Positions 37,301 to 47,272 of a DNA stretch of 64,000 bases are shown piece by piece. The stretch is taken from assembly GCA_963784785.1 (NCBI GenBank), contig CAWASW010000001.1:9312-73311 (forward strand). Direction: 5' to 3'. The notes below the pieces were generated by a model that was not told the DNA's origin, ran no database searches, and saw only the letters and a program-made list of their open reading frames with translations. The position numbers and the translations under genes are program-made. Source of the DNA: Candidatus Woesebacteria bacterium (GTDB lineage Bacteria > Patescibacteriota > Microgenomatia > UBA8517). Numbering within the stretch: position 1 is the first letter of the stretch; each line of letters begins with the position of its first letter.

Positions 37301-38965
37301 TTTGCTTGCAAATTGGCTAGTTCCAAGAGTTGCAAAGTTTAGCATTGTTCGGCCAGTTGCTTTTTGGCAACTTAAATCCCAGCCATTTGCTGCACAGTAG
37401 GAAGCAGCATCTCCTGCTTGATAAACTGTCGAAACTACCTGTACTTGGCCTAATGTCGTGACTACAGCAGCGCCTGCACCTCCTTGAACCGCTGCGGTTG
37501 TAACCAATTGTGGAGCAACTGCAATTGCATATGCTTCAAGTGTTAACACTGTTCCAAGTTTTGTAGTGGCTGATAAAGTTTCTCTGTCTGTAGCTCCTTT
37601 GCCTATCAACTTCGTATATTGAGTTGCCGCGTTTGTAAGTCCTAGTGAATCAGTAAGCGTTCCTGATCTATCAATTAAGTTAGTCGTAAAACCTGCAAGT
37701 CCCGCTAAATTGGCGCCGCCTCCATTTTGTTGATTTATCTTTTGGTAACTAGCAACATATGGTTTAAAAGTTTTTAAGGTTACTGTATCAATGGTGTCAA
37801 GTGTAGTACCGCTATTAAATGCAATTTTTTTATAATCCTCTGCAGCTTTACTTTTATAACCGAGTAGCCCAGCTGTATAGCCAATTGGGGTGTAGCTAAA
37901 CATTGTAGCTGCTAGTCCATTTAAATTCGCCCCGCCTTCACTTTTTGCATTCTGTCCCTGCCAGTAATTTTTATAAGTGTCAGATACCACAGTATTATCG
38001 ACTACTGTCATTGCTTTGTTGCATGTAGCGCTACCATTACAGGCTGCATAGTTATTCACTATTGGTTTTGCTTTTGCGGCCGCAGCATCTGCAATTTGTT
38101 TTTCTGCAGCTTTTGCTTGTGTCTCTGAAAGTGAACATGTACTTCCATCCCATGTCCAACCGGCACCTCCACAAGGGTTTGTCTCTGTTTTACTAGGTAA
38201 CTGGATAGGTTTTGTCGTGTAATTTTGAACTGCTTCTTTTCTTTCATCTATAATAGTTGCTGGGGCTTGTGGCTTTTGCGCTAATTCATTTGCAGCCTTT
38301 TGTTCATCTGCAATTTCTTTAAGTCTCAATTCTCTCGCTGCTTCCTGTTTAGCAGCTGCTTGTGCTGCATCAATTCTTTTATCCTTCAAATCTTGTAATT
38401 TTCTAGCTGCAATTTGTCTATTTTTTTCAATTAGTGCTATTTGTGCAGCTTTTGCAGCAGCAGCTTTTGCGGTAGCAGCTTTCTTTTCAGCAATTTTTTG
38501 TGTAAATTCAGCAATTGTGTCTTTGTCTTTGGTGAATGTTTTAATTTTTGTCAATACGAATTTGTCGAGGTCCCCACAGTTTGAATTAAGTGATTTGCAT
38601 ACACTTGCTATATCCTTTGCTACTTTTGGATTTGCGTCACCATTAGCAAATTTTGACATAAGATCAATTTGTTGGCTATTACTCAGGCGATTTCCCGTAC
38701 TGTCTTGTGCAGGATATTCTTTTGGGTGTGCATTTCTATATGCTTGGTTAACTTCAGTATCTGCTGACGCTTCATTTGCTGCTTCACATTCTTTTCTAGC
38801 AGTTGGACTACCAAGACCAGCACAGGCTGCAGTAGTTTTTGCAAAAGATTCTATGACTTGTTTCTGTACTGTATCGTTAGTAATTACAACTGTCACAGCA
38901 ATTGAAGACAATATGAATAGAGTAGAGAATAAGCTTAATACAATTTTTCTAAATGACGGCAGCAT
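34319..38965 (-). CDS. Giant secreted/surface protein (1548 aa): signal-anchor, Ala/Lys-rich coiled coil, long Gly/Thr/Ala-rich region, uncharacterised Cys-containing C-terminal domain
   Basis: N-terminal hydrophobic LSLFSTLFILSSIAVTVVI; KAATAKAAAAKAAQIALIEKNRQIAARKLQDLK coiled coil; unique C-terminal 200 aa with several Cys. Confidence 0.6.
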   Translation of the reverse strand: MLPSFRKIVLSLFSTLFILSSIAVTVVITNDTVQKQVIESFAKTTAACAGLGSPTARKECEAANEASADTEVNQAYRNAHPKEYPAQDSTGNRLSNSQQIDLMSKFANGDANPKVAKDIASVCKSLNSNCGDLDKFVLTKIKTFTKDKDTIAEFTQKIAEKKAATAKAAAAKAAQIALIEKNRQIAARKLQDLKDKRIDAAQAAAKQEAARELRLKEIADEQKAANELAQKPQAPATIIDERKEAVQNYTTKPIQLPSKTETNPCGGAGWTWDGSTCSLSETQAKAAEKQIADAAAAKAKPIVNNYAACNGSATCNKAMTVVDNTVVSDTYKNYWQGQNAKSEGGANLNGLAATMFSYTPIGYTAGLLGYKSKAAEDYKKIAFNSGTTLDTIDTVTLKTFKPYVASYQKINQQNGGGANLAGLAGFTTNLIDRSGTLTDSLGLTNAATQYTKLIGKGATDRETLSATTKLGTVLTLEAYAIAVAPQLVTTAAVQGGAGAAVVTTLGQVQVVSTVYQAGDAASYCAANGWDLSCQKATGRTMLNFATLGTSQFASKSLSLGTKLLNTGVSATNLGIDSVDAVQIFQDKNSSGLSKAMAIAALAGDVGGGIADFNRGELGFSRPISSTTSESLTNALTTKLANNVDVSGLEGRIDTPVANAPVAAVLDNLANRVNITPNLGNLDAPAPVVNRLTEVRNNVTDWLSTERAKINPDAFANTGRDLSNAVENARVGINRTVENIANGSFADTLFGRVSIGDTDIAATYRPVGDIDVEGSVVRVKTDGTVEIQQNHSSLNDNQFKPIKNGDRVFGDGRIIVVDGKYYAFFGTGSLGFDSNSIKLDESGFRIVPLTEGQQSKSILELLGLDKTNQLALEKSLISLEGKGVLSSEEIAISLLEEGYKPKDINLSTIDDIRNKIYDDKLAKSRPQAPVGPSQGDDAASSVSNAEDSLYRLPDSPARVEPVAHETVRTAAEPNQNTLALGWNAYVVRPANAVADVGTRVWNDWVAGPVNRLFDDIVAIAPGNIDGPRVADAPRIENVPVVDINGQRIVESEANQYITLYKGVTNLDQNIPILPGGLTTTTNPRAGIDDLGNRILTAEFPQGSGQAFSTPEEVIRHVLLGDSSKSNYSSWTTDIENAKSYIGTDGEVVEIRIRKNDPRLLDVNTDLQKDYLLRMIQNEKYQKAIGNIKAELSYAYSQKYPADKKGLSKLMRDIDNTIDVASRRLDKYPEFLVENSVNNYQVVSNNSPTQPTSVTTLAGNLAKGFENVAAAGLDVAKISTGLKISPFIALPAAFINYEYNNPNKSQVLPQINKFIAYLKDKFTTPIAATITVEPAKYNKGEIDVNNSSANSTQQNLAVEKEKASEKISNSGINNFEIFMQTTNDNGKPINRYGSTLTELGCAPSTSINILKITEHNPNPQNIIDTFYWSGGSKTSADATLLSLQQNGFDHAVDYGLRNRMVSTNDLTNYSGLLIYGGTVTTDYSSEKIAHVAGFDCKNGVCYSIDSYFSDGKPIKCDLAGSNTIKCGEINYHVGDNGGYPDALFPIQSNP

Positions 38966-39003
38966 TTGATATAATTATATGTAGTTTATATTTTTAAGTA
39001 AAT

Positions 39004-39074
39004 GGGCTGTTAGTATAGTGGTAATACACATCATTCGCATTGATGAAACGCCGGTCCAATTCCGGCACAGTCCA
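39004..39074 (+). tRNA. tRNA-Ala (anticodon CGC)
   Basis: Hand-folded cloverleaf: acceptor GGGCTGT/ACAGTCC with G3:U70 (Ala identity); D-stem GTAT/ATAC; anticodon stem CATCA/TGATG with loop TTCGCAT giving anticodon CGC; T-stem GCCGG/CCGGC; discriminator A; no encoded CCA. Confidence 0.75.
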
Positions 39075-39129
39075 CAATTTATATTGGTTTATATTTTGTC
39101 ATAATATAAATTAACAGTAATTTATATTG

Positions 39130-40896
39130 TCATTCTGCTGTTTTTGGCATGTCTTCCAACTTTTTGAGCTCAGATATGGCTGTTTGGTAGTCGTTGGTAT
39201 TTGCGTCGACAAGTTTTAAGACAAGATTCATTTGTTCTTTGGCTTTATCTATCTGGTTATCTCCTTTATAAGCCATAGCAAGGTTAAAATGGCTATTTGC
39301 AAAGTCAGGTTTGGCAAGAACTGCAAGCTCAAATATTTTAATGGCATCTTTATAATTTCCTTGAGCTAAATAAATACCCCCAAGTTTTATTCTTAAAATT
39401 GGATTAATCGGATTTAAAAATATAGCTTGACCATAGCTTTGAATTGCAAATTTATCAACGTCTTTTATGAAAGGGGAGATGTTAACATAAATGTCTCCCA
39501 TATTTTCCCAAGATGTAGATTTATTTGGATTAATCGATATTGCAGCTTTTGCTTCCTGAATTGACTGCTGTATTAATTGAGTTAATGTTTTTTTATCTTC
39601 TTCCGTAATATCTTTTTTTGTTGAGAGGCTTTGCGCAAGCCTAATATTTATTTCTGCTGATTGCAAATGATATCTATCAACAAATGGATTGGCGTTAACA
39701 GTCTTATTGATTGAATCATAGGTTTTAATAGCCTCATTTTGGGAAATATATCGAGCCGTTTGTTCGAACAAATACTCTGCGTAAAATGCTTTGTAAACAT
39801 AATACATAGATGCAAAAATTAACAAAAATAACGGTATTGTCATCACAACCAGTGGAATATTAGAGTTAAATGTCCCTCCAACCTCTTTTGTTTTGTTATT
39901 TAGTGCAAATAATAAAAATATAATTGGGAAAAAGGCAGGAGAATAGGGATATAGAAAAGAAATTATGAATGCAATTAGGATAGCAGCGTTATATGGATTT
40001 AATTCTAATATATTTTTGAGGCTAAATATAAAGATTGATAAAAACAACAATATTCCAATTATTCCAACTTCAGCCGTTACGGTTAAGAAAGTGTTTGAAC
40101 CTACCAAAAATCTTGAATTCCAATTAGCATACGAATTTGAGATAACTGGTCTGAATCTATCGTAACTTGAGACAAAGTTTGTTGGCCCAACCCCAATTAA
40201 AGGTCTTTCTTTTAATGAATCTACAGCGACAGACCAACTAACTTTGATGTTAGGTAGGAGCGGCGAGGTAACTTTACCAGGGAGAATTGCGTACAGATTA
40301 GTAAATGCGCTTATAAAAATTATTAAACTTGTGATATTAAAAAATATTTTATAGATTACATTTTTATTTTTAATGATTTCAAATACTGATATAGATAGTG
40401 TAACTATTGTGTAAGAAAATGAATTAATAAGGTTGCCAAAATTTGCGTAGTTATTTTTAATTAAGCCAGTAAAGGCCAATATCTGCAAAATTGAAAAAAT
40501 AGTAGAAGATAATACGATCACTTTACTTACATCATCTTTATCTTTGTTATCTAATTGATTTGCAAAAAAATAAATGATTGCTCCAAGAAAAATAAAGCTT
40601 GAAGTTCCGGGTAGGAAGAAAGCATCCATCTTGCTTGGTGATGCAAAGATACCTAGTAAGATGTATATTGATGCTATTCCTAGGATAAATAGGTCAAGAG
40701 CTGATAAATTCATTTTTATCCCTTTTTGAAAAAAAGTCTTTATCAATTTGACTATTAAAATAGTGGCTGTAAACAAAGAAAGCAATAATAGTCTGGATGT
40801 TTCTGGACTATTTGAATAAAATGACAGGAAAAAAAGAGGATAAACAAAAAATAAAATAAGTAGCAAATATTTATCAATTAGTTTTACTATCTTCAT
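39130..40896 (-). CDS. Polytopic membrane protein with O-antigen-ligase-like (Wzy_C-type) core and C-terminal TPR repeats
   Basis: At least 10 TM segments plus a C-terminal soluble TPR region (NMGDIYVNISPFIKDVDKFAIQSYGQAI...GNYKDAIKIFELAVLAKPDFANSHFNLAMAY). Confidence 0.5.
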   Translation of the reverse strand: MKIVKLIDKYLLLILFFVYPLFFLSFYSNSPETSRLLLLSLFTATILIVKLIKTFFQKGIKMNLSALDLFILGIASIYILLGIFASPSKMDAFFLPGTSSFIFLGAIIYFFANQLDNKDKDDVSKVIVLSSTIFSILQILAFTGLIKNNYANFGNLINSFSYTIVTLSISVFEIIKNKNVIYKIFFNITSLIIFISAFTNLYAILPGKVTSPLLPNIKVSWSVAVDSLKERPLIGVGPTNFVSSYDRFRPVISNSYANWNSRFLVGSNTFLTVTAEVGIIGILLFLSIFIFSLKNILELNPYNAAILIAFIISFLYPYSPAFFPIIFLLFALNNKTKEVGGTFNSNIPLVVMTIPLFLLIFASMYYVYKAFYAEYLFEQTARYISQNEAIKTYDSINKTVNANPFVDRYHLQSAEINIRLAQSLSTKKDITEEDKKTLTQLIQQSIQEAKAAISINPNKSTSWENMGDIYVNISPFIKDVDKFAIQSYGQAIFLNPINPILRIKLGGIYLAQGNYKDAIKIFELAVLAKPDFANSHFNLAMAYKGDNQIDKAKEQMNLVLKLVDANTNDYQTAISELKKLEDMPKTAE

Positions 40897-40903
40897 AACT
40901 TTA

Positions 40904-43900
40904 TTATATAGATCCTAGGTCAATTATCCACCAATTAAATTCAACATCTGTATCTATGCTTTCTGAAAAGCCTACAGTAAACATGCCTGCGTCTTTTGAT
41001 TTCACAAATAATACCTTGTTTTGAGTTGAGGAGATAGGTGTTACATAGATTAAGCTGTTTTCCTTAATTTTTGAATTTTTGATTTTAAGTTCTGACAGTC
41101 CAGCTGCAAGTTTTGCAGTTCCTGCTGTTGAGTTTGAGTTAGTCTCGCCAATTATAATCTCCCCAGAAGGCGAGGCGTTTAAAGCATCAGCTGCAACTAT
41201 AAAGTTGCCATCTAATTTAAGATTTCCTGCAACTTCTACGTTTCCTTGGAAGGTTACGTCTCCACTAGTCTCAATTTTAATTTTGCCTGCCATCATCTCG
41301 ATTGGAGCTTGGGCTAATGGTTGAATTGAAAGGGCAGTATCAAGTGACCCAAAGGCTTTAACTGCAATACTATCTGATACAAATAGATTGGTAAATGCTA
41401 CTTGGCCTGTTGCAAACAGGTCTGTGAATTGTCCAGACTCTGTGGCAGTGTTGATATTCCACGATGTACTTTGAGATAGTAAGTTCTGGTTACTTTCGAC
41501 TTCTGTCAACATCTTTTCAATGTTTTTGAGTTTCTCAGATTCTATGTTATCTGCATACAGAGTTCCGGAGATGGTGGCATCATTTGTTTCAATGCTATTA
41601 GATTCTATTTTTCCAGTTGTATCAATTGAAGCTACTATTTCATCATTTTCTCCTTTGATTGCAAGTTTAGATGCATTTTGACTATTGTCAGGTTGTAGAT
41701 CGATTATTAAATCAGCATTTGCTACAGGAGAAATTAAGTTTGTTTCAACTTTTCCAAAAGAGCCAACACCTGCTATAAGTTTAGCTACTGTGGCTGAAGC
41801 AAAGGATCCTATTTTGTCTGTAATGCCATTTGATGTGGCGACTGAGTAGCCGGTGACAGCACTACCGTTTAGTGTGACATCGCCAGTTGAGTTGATGGCT
41901 AGGTCGGGATCAAAATGTGTTGGGTTTGTGAATACTAATATTTTTCCGATTCCAGATGGAGGGTCGATTGGATCTTTATTTACCGTAATATTTGCATCTT
42001 TTCGTACCTTCTCTTGTTCTCTTGTACCCACAGACACTTGTGTAGATCCATCATATTTCTCAAGAGCTTTACCAATTACTCTACTATATTTTGTGGCTTT
42101 CATTGCTACTCCAGGAGTGGAGGAAGATGTAAGCCAATCATTGATTAAAATTGGCCCATTTTCTAATGAGACTTTTATTGGTACTCTACCAGAGAGCCCT
42201 ATGGCTTGAGGATTTTGATCATAACTTATTGTATTTTCTCCAAGCGGGCTACCATTTGGACCACTTGGAGTTGTTGATATTGCTCCAATAATATTTTGGT
42301 CATATACATTAGTTGTTTTAATAGCTCTATAACCGACTTTTGAATTAGAATCTGGTATTAAAGTAAGTAAATCTCCTGGATCAGTATCAGAAATACTTGG
42401 ATAAAATTCAGCTATGTCTGTTGGAGTTGTTGAGCAATCGCGTAGTATTACATCATTTGTTGCACTAGTTATGCCGGAATGACAAACACCAAAAGTGGAT
42501 GTAGTTGTGTCAAGGTCCAGTGTAACGGTACTACTTGTAGTATTTTGATTGAGAGAGACAGCACCGCTTCCAGCTATTGTCATTTTGGTAGAGACTGTTT
42601 GAAGAGTTGTCCCTGTTGTAAGGGTAGTTCCTGTTTGAAAAAAAATATTACTTGATCCGGTGCCTGTACCAACTCCAGATTTCAGAAGAAGATTGCCGCC
42701 AGTAACGTCTGCTGATCCAGCTGTAGTGCTACCTGACTCGATAAGTAAGTTTCTGCCTGTCGTACCAGCAGCACTACTTTCTATCCAAATTTTTTGAGCA
42801 ATATCATTGTTAAAACTAAGAGCGTTTGTGGGTGCTGCTGTTCCAATACCTACAAACCCTGTACTTGTATCTACATAAAATTGGCTTGTATTTACTGTAA
42901 AATCGCCAGTAGTTGATAATGCTATATTCAAATTTGCTCCTGCATTTGGGGTTATTGTTAAAGCTCCTGTTGAAGTAATATCATTGCCATTTATTGCTAT
43001 GTCTCCTGCAGTTGTTATACTTCCTGTTGATCCTACAACATCAAAATTGGTTAAATCTATATTTGCAGTTGTACCTATTATATTGTTATCTCCAATAGAT
43101 AGTGAATTTGTATAGTCAACGTCAGTTAAAATTACTGCAGTTGTTCTAGGGGAGTTTGCAGATAATGTTAATATACCTGTCTCTGCCATATTCCAGTTTT
43201 CTCCTCCAGTAAGAGTAAGTTGGGTTGCTGCGTTAACGTTTCCAATAGTAATAAAGTCAGCGGCTGTTTCGTTTGTTGCAATGTTAATTGTATCTGCTGC
43301 AGATAATGTTACCCCTCCAATATCAATTGTTTTTGTAGTGGTATTGTCCAAGAAATTAAAGGCTGCTGCAGTTGATGTTATGTCTCCGCCGTTAATTGCA
43401 ATGTCGCTTGCAAGAGTTAATAACCCTGCAGTATCAATTGAGGCAACATTTGTTGTGTTGTGATTGTAAATCATCAATGGATTAGTTGTTGCTGGTACAG
43501 AGGTTCCGCTATATCCAAGATTTATGTCTCCAGTAGGATTAATCGACATTTTTGTGACACCTGAAACAGAAGCAGTAAACAAATCTCCAAGTTTTGTTTG
43601 GTCAACTATTAAGGCGGCTTCACCAACATTGGCATTGTTATAAACTGTCCAGTTACTACCAGATAGTGTATTTGAAGATGCTGCAGGTGTTGCAGAAAGA
43701 TTCATTACTGCGGTTCCTGCGGAGTTTGCAATTTGACCTCCCACAAGTTTTAGATTTCCAGATAGGGAAGTGATGGCTGCAGTTAATGCAATTGTTCCAT
43801 CTGTCGTGTTATCAATAGTCTCAGCATTACTAAGTGAAATTTCCTTTGTAAAAGTTCCTGAAAAGTTAAGTCCTGTTGTAAGTGTTCCACCTGCAGTATC

Positions 43901-46900
43901 TACTATATTTAGCCCTGTTGCTAAATCCCCAGCACTATTTGTAATAGTTATTCCATTTGTCATGGCAGAACTTGCAGCTGAGTCTACTTTAATACCATTT
44001 GTAACAATTGTAGTTCCTGCCGTTGTCGTATCTAATTGCTGCACTAATAACAAATTTTCAGTTGTAGTGTCAGTAAAAGATCCTGCAACTGCATTATTAA
44101 TAACTAACCCGTTTTGTGTGGTTGCTGAACCTCCATTGTTTACGATGTTGTATGTCATTGCGTCAAGGCCAGCAGTTGGAGTCCATCCAAATGTTGTTGC
44201 GTTAGTTCCCATTGCTAAAGTGAGAGCTGCATCAGGAGCAGTAAGTTGACTCCACTTAAGTGCAGAGGCAGTTATTGAATTGCTCCAGCTCATGACTCCT
44301 GAAGTATCAGAAGTTAAAAAGTACCCTGTTGCTGCTGCTGACATGGCAGTAGGTAGGGTATATGTAGCATCAGCAGTTTGTGTACCTCCTGTGAATGTTG
44401 TTGAGAATGCATTGTCTCCAGCCCCAATTATTTTTAATGTTCCTGTTGTGTTTGTAGTTCCTGCAGTTTTGTCTTCTCCAATAGTGACTCCTGTTGAGCC
44501 AACTATGTGAAGCGCTGATGCCGGTGCTGTTGTTCCCATTCCTACCTTACCTGCGCTTAAAACCAAAGTGTTTGCAGTTGCTGATGCCTTAATAGCGGTA
44601 AAGACATCAACTGCATTTACATTAATACGAATATCTTGTGCATTTCCTGCTGAATATACTGATGCGTTTCCTCCAGTGTTGAATGTAATTCCAGCCCCAT
44701 AATTTGCAGGAGAGGTTACAGTTATATAGCTTGAAGTTGCTGCCACCGGTCCGAGTGCTAATAACGTCGCCGGAGCAGTTGTACCAATTCCGACTTTCCC
44801 TTTTAATGCAGTTGTTGTGATAGTATCTGCACCAAGTGTGACAGTATTACTTCCAATACCCGTTGCATCATAACCTATTACAATTTCATTCTGATCATTA
44901 TCAGCAAGTCCTTTGGTATTTGTTCCTAGATATAAGGAGAAATCAGATGTTAAATTTGCTGTTGCTCCACCAGTTATGTAAGTTCCTGCGTTTTGTCCGA
45001 TTCCAATGTTGTTATTTCCTGATTGGTTGTATCTTAATGCAAGTTGTCCTATTGCAGCATTTCCAGCTCCTGTGTTTGTTGAGTTTAGCGATTGAGATCC
45101 AACTGCTGTGTTACCGTATCCAGTAGTATCTGATAATAGTGCTTGATAGCCCAAGGCTGTATTGTGGTATCCAGTAGTTACTGCTGGTAAAGTGCTTACA
45201 CCTGAACCTGTGTTATAACTACCTTGGTAGGTTGCAATTGCTGTTGAACCCATTGTAAAGTTTCCTGAATTAACTCCAGTAAATGTGTTATTTCCAAGTG
45301 TTGTGATGCCTCCTCCATTAAGACCATAATTAAAATTATGAATAAACCTGTCTGCTCCTTTGTAAACTATTCCGGATTGGTCCGCAAATGTTGTGGTTGG
45401 AACCTCAATATTTCCTACAACATCTAATTTTTGAGTTGGGGCGGTTGTTCCTATACCAACAAATCCAGTACTTGTTATCCTCATTCTTTCAGAAAGTGCA
45501 GGTCCATCGTCAGGAGTGGTAAAAAATGATAGGAAGGATGGGTAGTCTCCAGTTGTACCTTGCCAATATTGGTCTGCATAAGCTCCGATTTTTGCACCAA
45601 CACCATCTTCACCAGTAAATCTATCGTTGCCTGCAAATTTTATTTCTCCTAGAATATAATCTGTCGTTAAATTTATTCCAGTTGAAGATTGTCGAAAAGA
45701 TAACATTGGGCCTTCTGCTTCAGTACCAGTTTTTAAAATTTCTAATTGACTTTCTGGGGCGGTTGTTCCTATACCAACTCTGTGATTTGTGGCATCGACT
45801 ATTAAAGTATCTGTATCCCAAACAAGTGAATTACCTGTTGCTAGAGTATTTGTTAATGCTCCTGTCATAGTGTCTCCAGCTTTTTCTACCCAAACATCTC
45901 CGGTTCCTCCTGCATCAAGCCCAAGACCTGTTCTTGCTGCTGCTGGTGTTGTTGGGTTGTAATTTGTGCCATCTGCCATTAAAAAGTAATTGGCAGTATT
46001 TGTTCCCATAAATAAATCATCTCCTGTAACTGTTAAGTCTCCTGCCATTGTTGTGTTACCAATTGCACTGACTGAAAATTTGGAAGTAGGGGTCGTGGCG
46101 TCACCACCTAGAAAATTTATAAAGTTATATCCTGTCGCCGTTGACTTTACTGTTCCACCATACAAAGCGCCTGATGTGATGTTTGCATTTGTTGCATTTA
46201 GAAATCCATTTGCAGATAATCCTGCTGCAGCCCCTTCAAAAACTAAATCAAGCGTACCAACACCATCAGGGTTGACTGTTATGACACCGTCTGATGCATT
46301 TGGAGTGGTTATGGTCATTGCAAGTCCTTCTACAGCAAATGTGCCTGATGTTGACTGAATTTTTGGAGATGCGTTTGCAAGAACTACACTACCTGCCGAA
46401 TTGATGTAGGGAATTGTCGATGTACCAGTTCCTGCTGGATAACCTTGTAATGTTTCAGAATTTAAAGAATAGGCGACAGTTGCAATTTGAACTCTTGGTG
46501 TTGCTTCAGCATCTGCTCCCATTGTTGCACCTAACCAAATTGCAGCATTCTCTGAAAAAACTGTCGCTGCGATTTCTGCACCACAAGACGAACCAAGTAA
46601 AGTAGAGAAGACTCCATCTTGGTCAGGAGTAATAGAACATGTTCCAGAATCCCAAAGTGCAGCACCACCCGTTGAAACAGAATAAAGTTTAAAGACCATA
46701 TCGGTCGCTACAGTTTTTGGATTTCCTAGATTATCAGTAAGACGTCCTTGAAAGGACATATATCTGTTAGGTCTTGTGAGTGCTGCAGGAAATGCAAGAG
46801 AGTTATCAGCAGTTTTAAATACTTGGTCGTATAATGCATATCCAGAAACTGAAGTAAATAAAACTAATATAGCGACATGAATATAATTTGCTAGAGGATA

Positions 46901-47272
46901 TGAGTGATATTTTTTGTACCAATTTGGTCGATAAAAAAATATATTGTTTAATAATTTAATTGCCTTTGGCTTGTTACTAAATTTGTTAAGAATATGCTCC
47001 TGCCATGTTGCAGCTACTTTCTTAAAACCCATAAAGGAGCTGAAGCTTTTTAGCGTTGAGATTTTTCTGTTTAACGTTGCAGTGTTAGTAAATACTCTGA
47101 TTGAATTTATATATTCCTGAATTAATTCCTGAGTTATTTTTTTATCGGTTGCCCAAGTTAAAAATCCAACTAAATCAGATTTGTAATATTTCAAAGACTT
47201 GTCAGAAACTCCGTGTAAAGTTAAATATTTTAAGAAGTTGTTTGTTTGTGTCTCTTTATTCATTTTCCGCAT
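40904..47272 (-). CDS. Giant surface protein (2122 aa): N-terminal cytoplasmic phage-integrase-N/SAM-like domain, one TM, then a huge extracellular region with repeated xGIGTTAPxxxL tail-fibre-like motifs
   Basis: N-terminus LKYLTLHGVSDKSLKYYKSDLVGFLTWA... then TM IHVAILVLFTSVSGYALY. Recurring HRVGIGTTAPESQLEI, FVGIGTTAPTQKLDV, GKVGIGTTAPATLLAL, GKVGMGTTAPASALHI, FVGIGTAAPTNALSF. Confidence 0.65.
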   Translation of the reverse strand: MRKMNKETQTNNFLKYLTLHGVSDKSLKYYKSDLVGFLTWATDKKITQELIQEYINSIRVFTNTATLNRKISTLKSFSSFMGFKKVAATWQEHILNKFSNKPKAIKLLNNIFFYRPNWYKKYHSYPLANYIHVAILVLFTSVSGYALYDQVFKTADNSLAFPAALTRPNRYMSFQGRLTDNLGNPKTVATDMVFKLYSVSTGGAALWDSGTCSITPDQDGVFSTLLGSSCGAEIAATVFSENAAIWLGATMGADAEATPRVQIATVAYSLNSETLQGYPAGTGTSTIPYINSAGSVVLANASPKIQSTSGTFAVEGLAMTITTPNASDGVITVNPDGVGTLDLVFEGAAAGLSANGFLNATNANITSGALYGGTVKSTATGYNFINFLGGDATTPTSKFSVSAIGNTTMAGDLTVTGDDLFMGTNTANYFLMADGTNYNPTTPAAARTGLGLDAGGTGDVWVEKAGDTMTGALTNTLATGNSLVWDTDTLIVDATNHRVGIGTTAPESQLEILKTGTEAEGPMLSFRQSSTGINLTTDYILGEIKFAGNDRFTGEDGVGAKIGAYADQYWQGTTGDYPSFLSFFTTPDDGPALSERMRITSTGFVGIGTTAPTQKLDVVGNIEVPTTTFADQSGIVYKGADRFIHNFNYGLNGGGITTLGNNTFTGVNSGNFTMGSTAIATYQGSYNTGSGVSTLPAVTTGYHNTALGYQALLSDTTGYGNTAVGSQSLNSTNTGAGNAAIGQLALRYNQSGNNNIGIGQNAGTYITGGATANLTSDFSLYLGTNTKGLADNDQNEIVIGYDATGIGSNTVTLGADTITTTALKGKVGIGTTAPATLLALGPVAATSSYITVTSPANYGAGITFNTGGNASVYSAGNAQDIRINVNAVDVFTAIKASATANTLVLSAGKVGMGTTAPASALHIVGSTGVTIGEDKTAGTTNTTGTLKIIGAGDNAFSTTFTGGTQTADATYTLPTAMSAAATGYFLTSDTSGVMSWSNSITASALKWSQLTAPDAALTLAMGTNATTFGWTPTAGLDAMTYNIVNNGGSATTQNGLVINNAVAGSFTDTTTENLLLVQQLDTTTAGTTIVTNGIKVDSAASSAMTNGITITNSAGDLATGLNIVDTAGGTLTTGLNFSGTFTKEISLSNAETIDNTTDGTIALTAAITSLSGNLKLVGGQIANSAGTAVMNLSATPAASSNTLSGSNWTVYNNANVGEAALIVDQTKLGDLFTASVSGVTKMSINPTGDINLGYSGTSVPATTNPLMIYNHNTTNVASIDTAGLLTLASDIAINGGDITSTAAAFNFLDNTTTKTIDIGGVTLSAADTINIATNETAADFITIGNVNAATQLTLTGGENWNMAETGILTLSANSPRTTAVILTDVDYTNSLSIGDNNIIGTTANIDLTNFDVVGSTGSITTAGDIAINGNDITSTGALTITPNAGANLNIALSTTGDFTVNTSQFYVDTSTGFVGIGTAAPTNALSFNNDIAQKIWIESSAAGTTGRNLLIESGSTTAGSADVTGGNLLLKSGVGTGTGSSNIFFQTGTTLTTGTTLQTVSTKMTIAGSGAVSLNQNTTSSTVTLDLDTTTSTFGVCHSGITSATNDVILRDCSTTPTDIAEFYPSISDTDPGDLLTLIPDSNSKVGYRAIKTTNVYDQNIIGAISTTPSGPNGSPLGENTISYDQNPQAIGLSGRVPIKVSLENGPILINDWLTSSSTPGVAMKATKYSRVIGKALEKYDGSTQVSVGTREQEKVRKDANITVNKDPIDPPSGIGKILVFTNPTHFDPDLAINSTGDVTLNGSAVTGYSVATSNGITDKIGSFASATVAKLIAGVGSFGKVETNLISPVANADLIIDLQPDNSQNASKLAIKGENDEIVASIDTTGKIESNSIETNDATISGTLYADNIESEKLKNIEKMLTEVESNQNLLSQSTSWNINTATESGQFTDLFATGQVAFTNLFVSDSIAVKAFGSLDTALSIQPLAQAPIEMMAGKIKIETSGDVTFQGNVEVAGNLKLDGNFIVAADALNASPSGEIIIGETNSNSTAGTAKLAAGLSELKIKNSKIKENSLIYVTPISSTQNKVLFVKSKDAGMFTVGFSESIDTDVEFNWWIIDLGSI

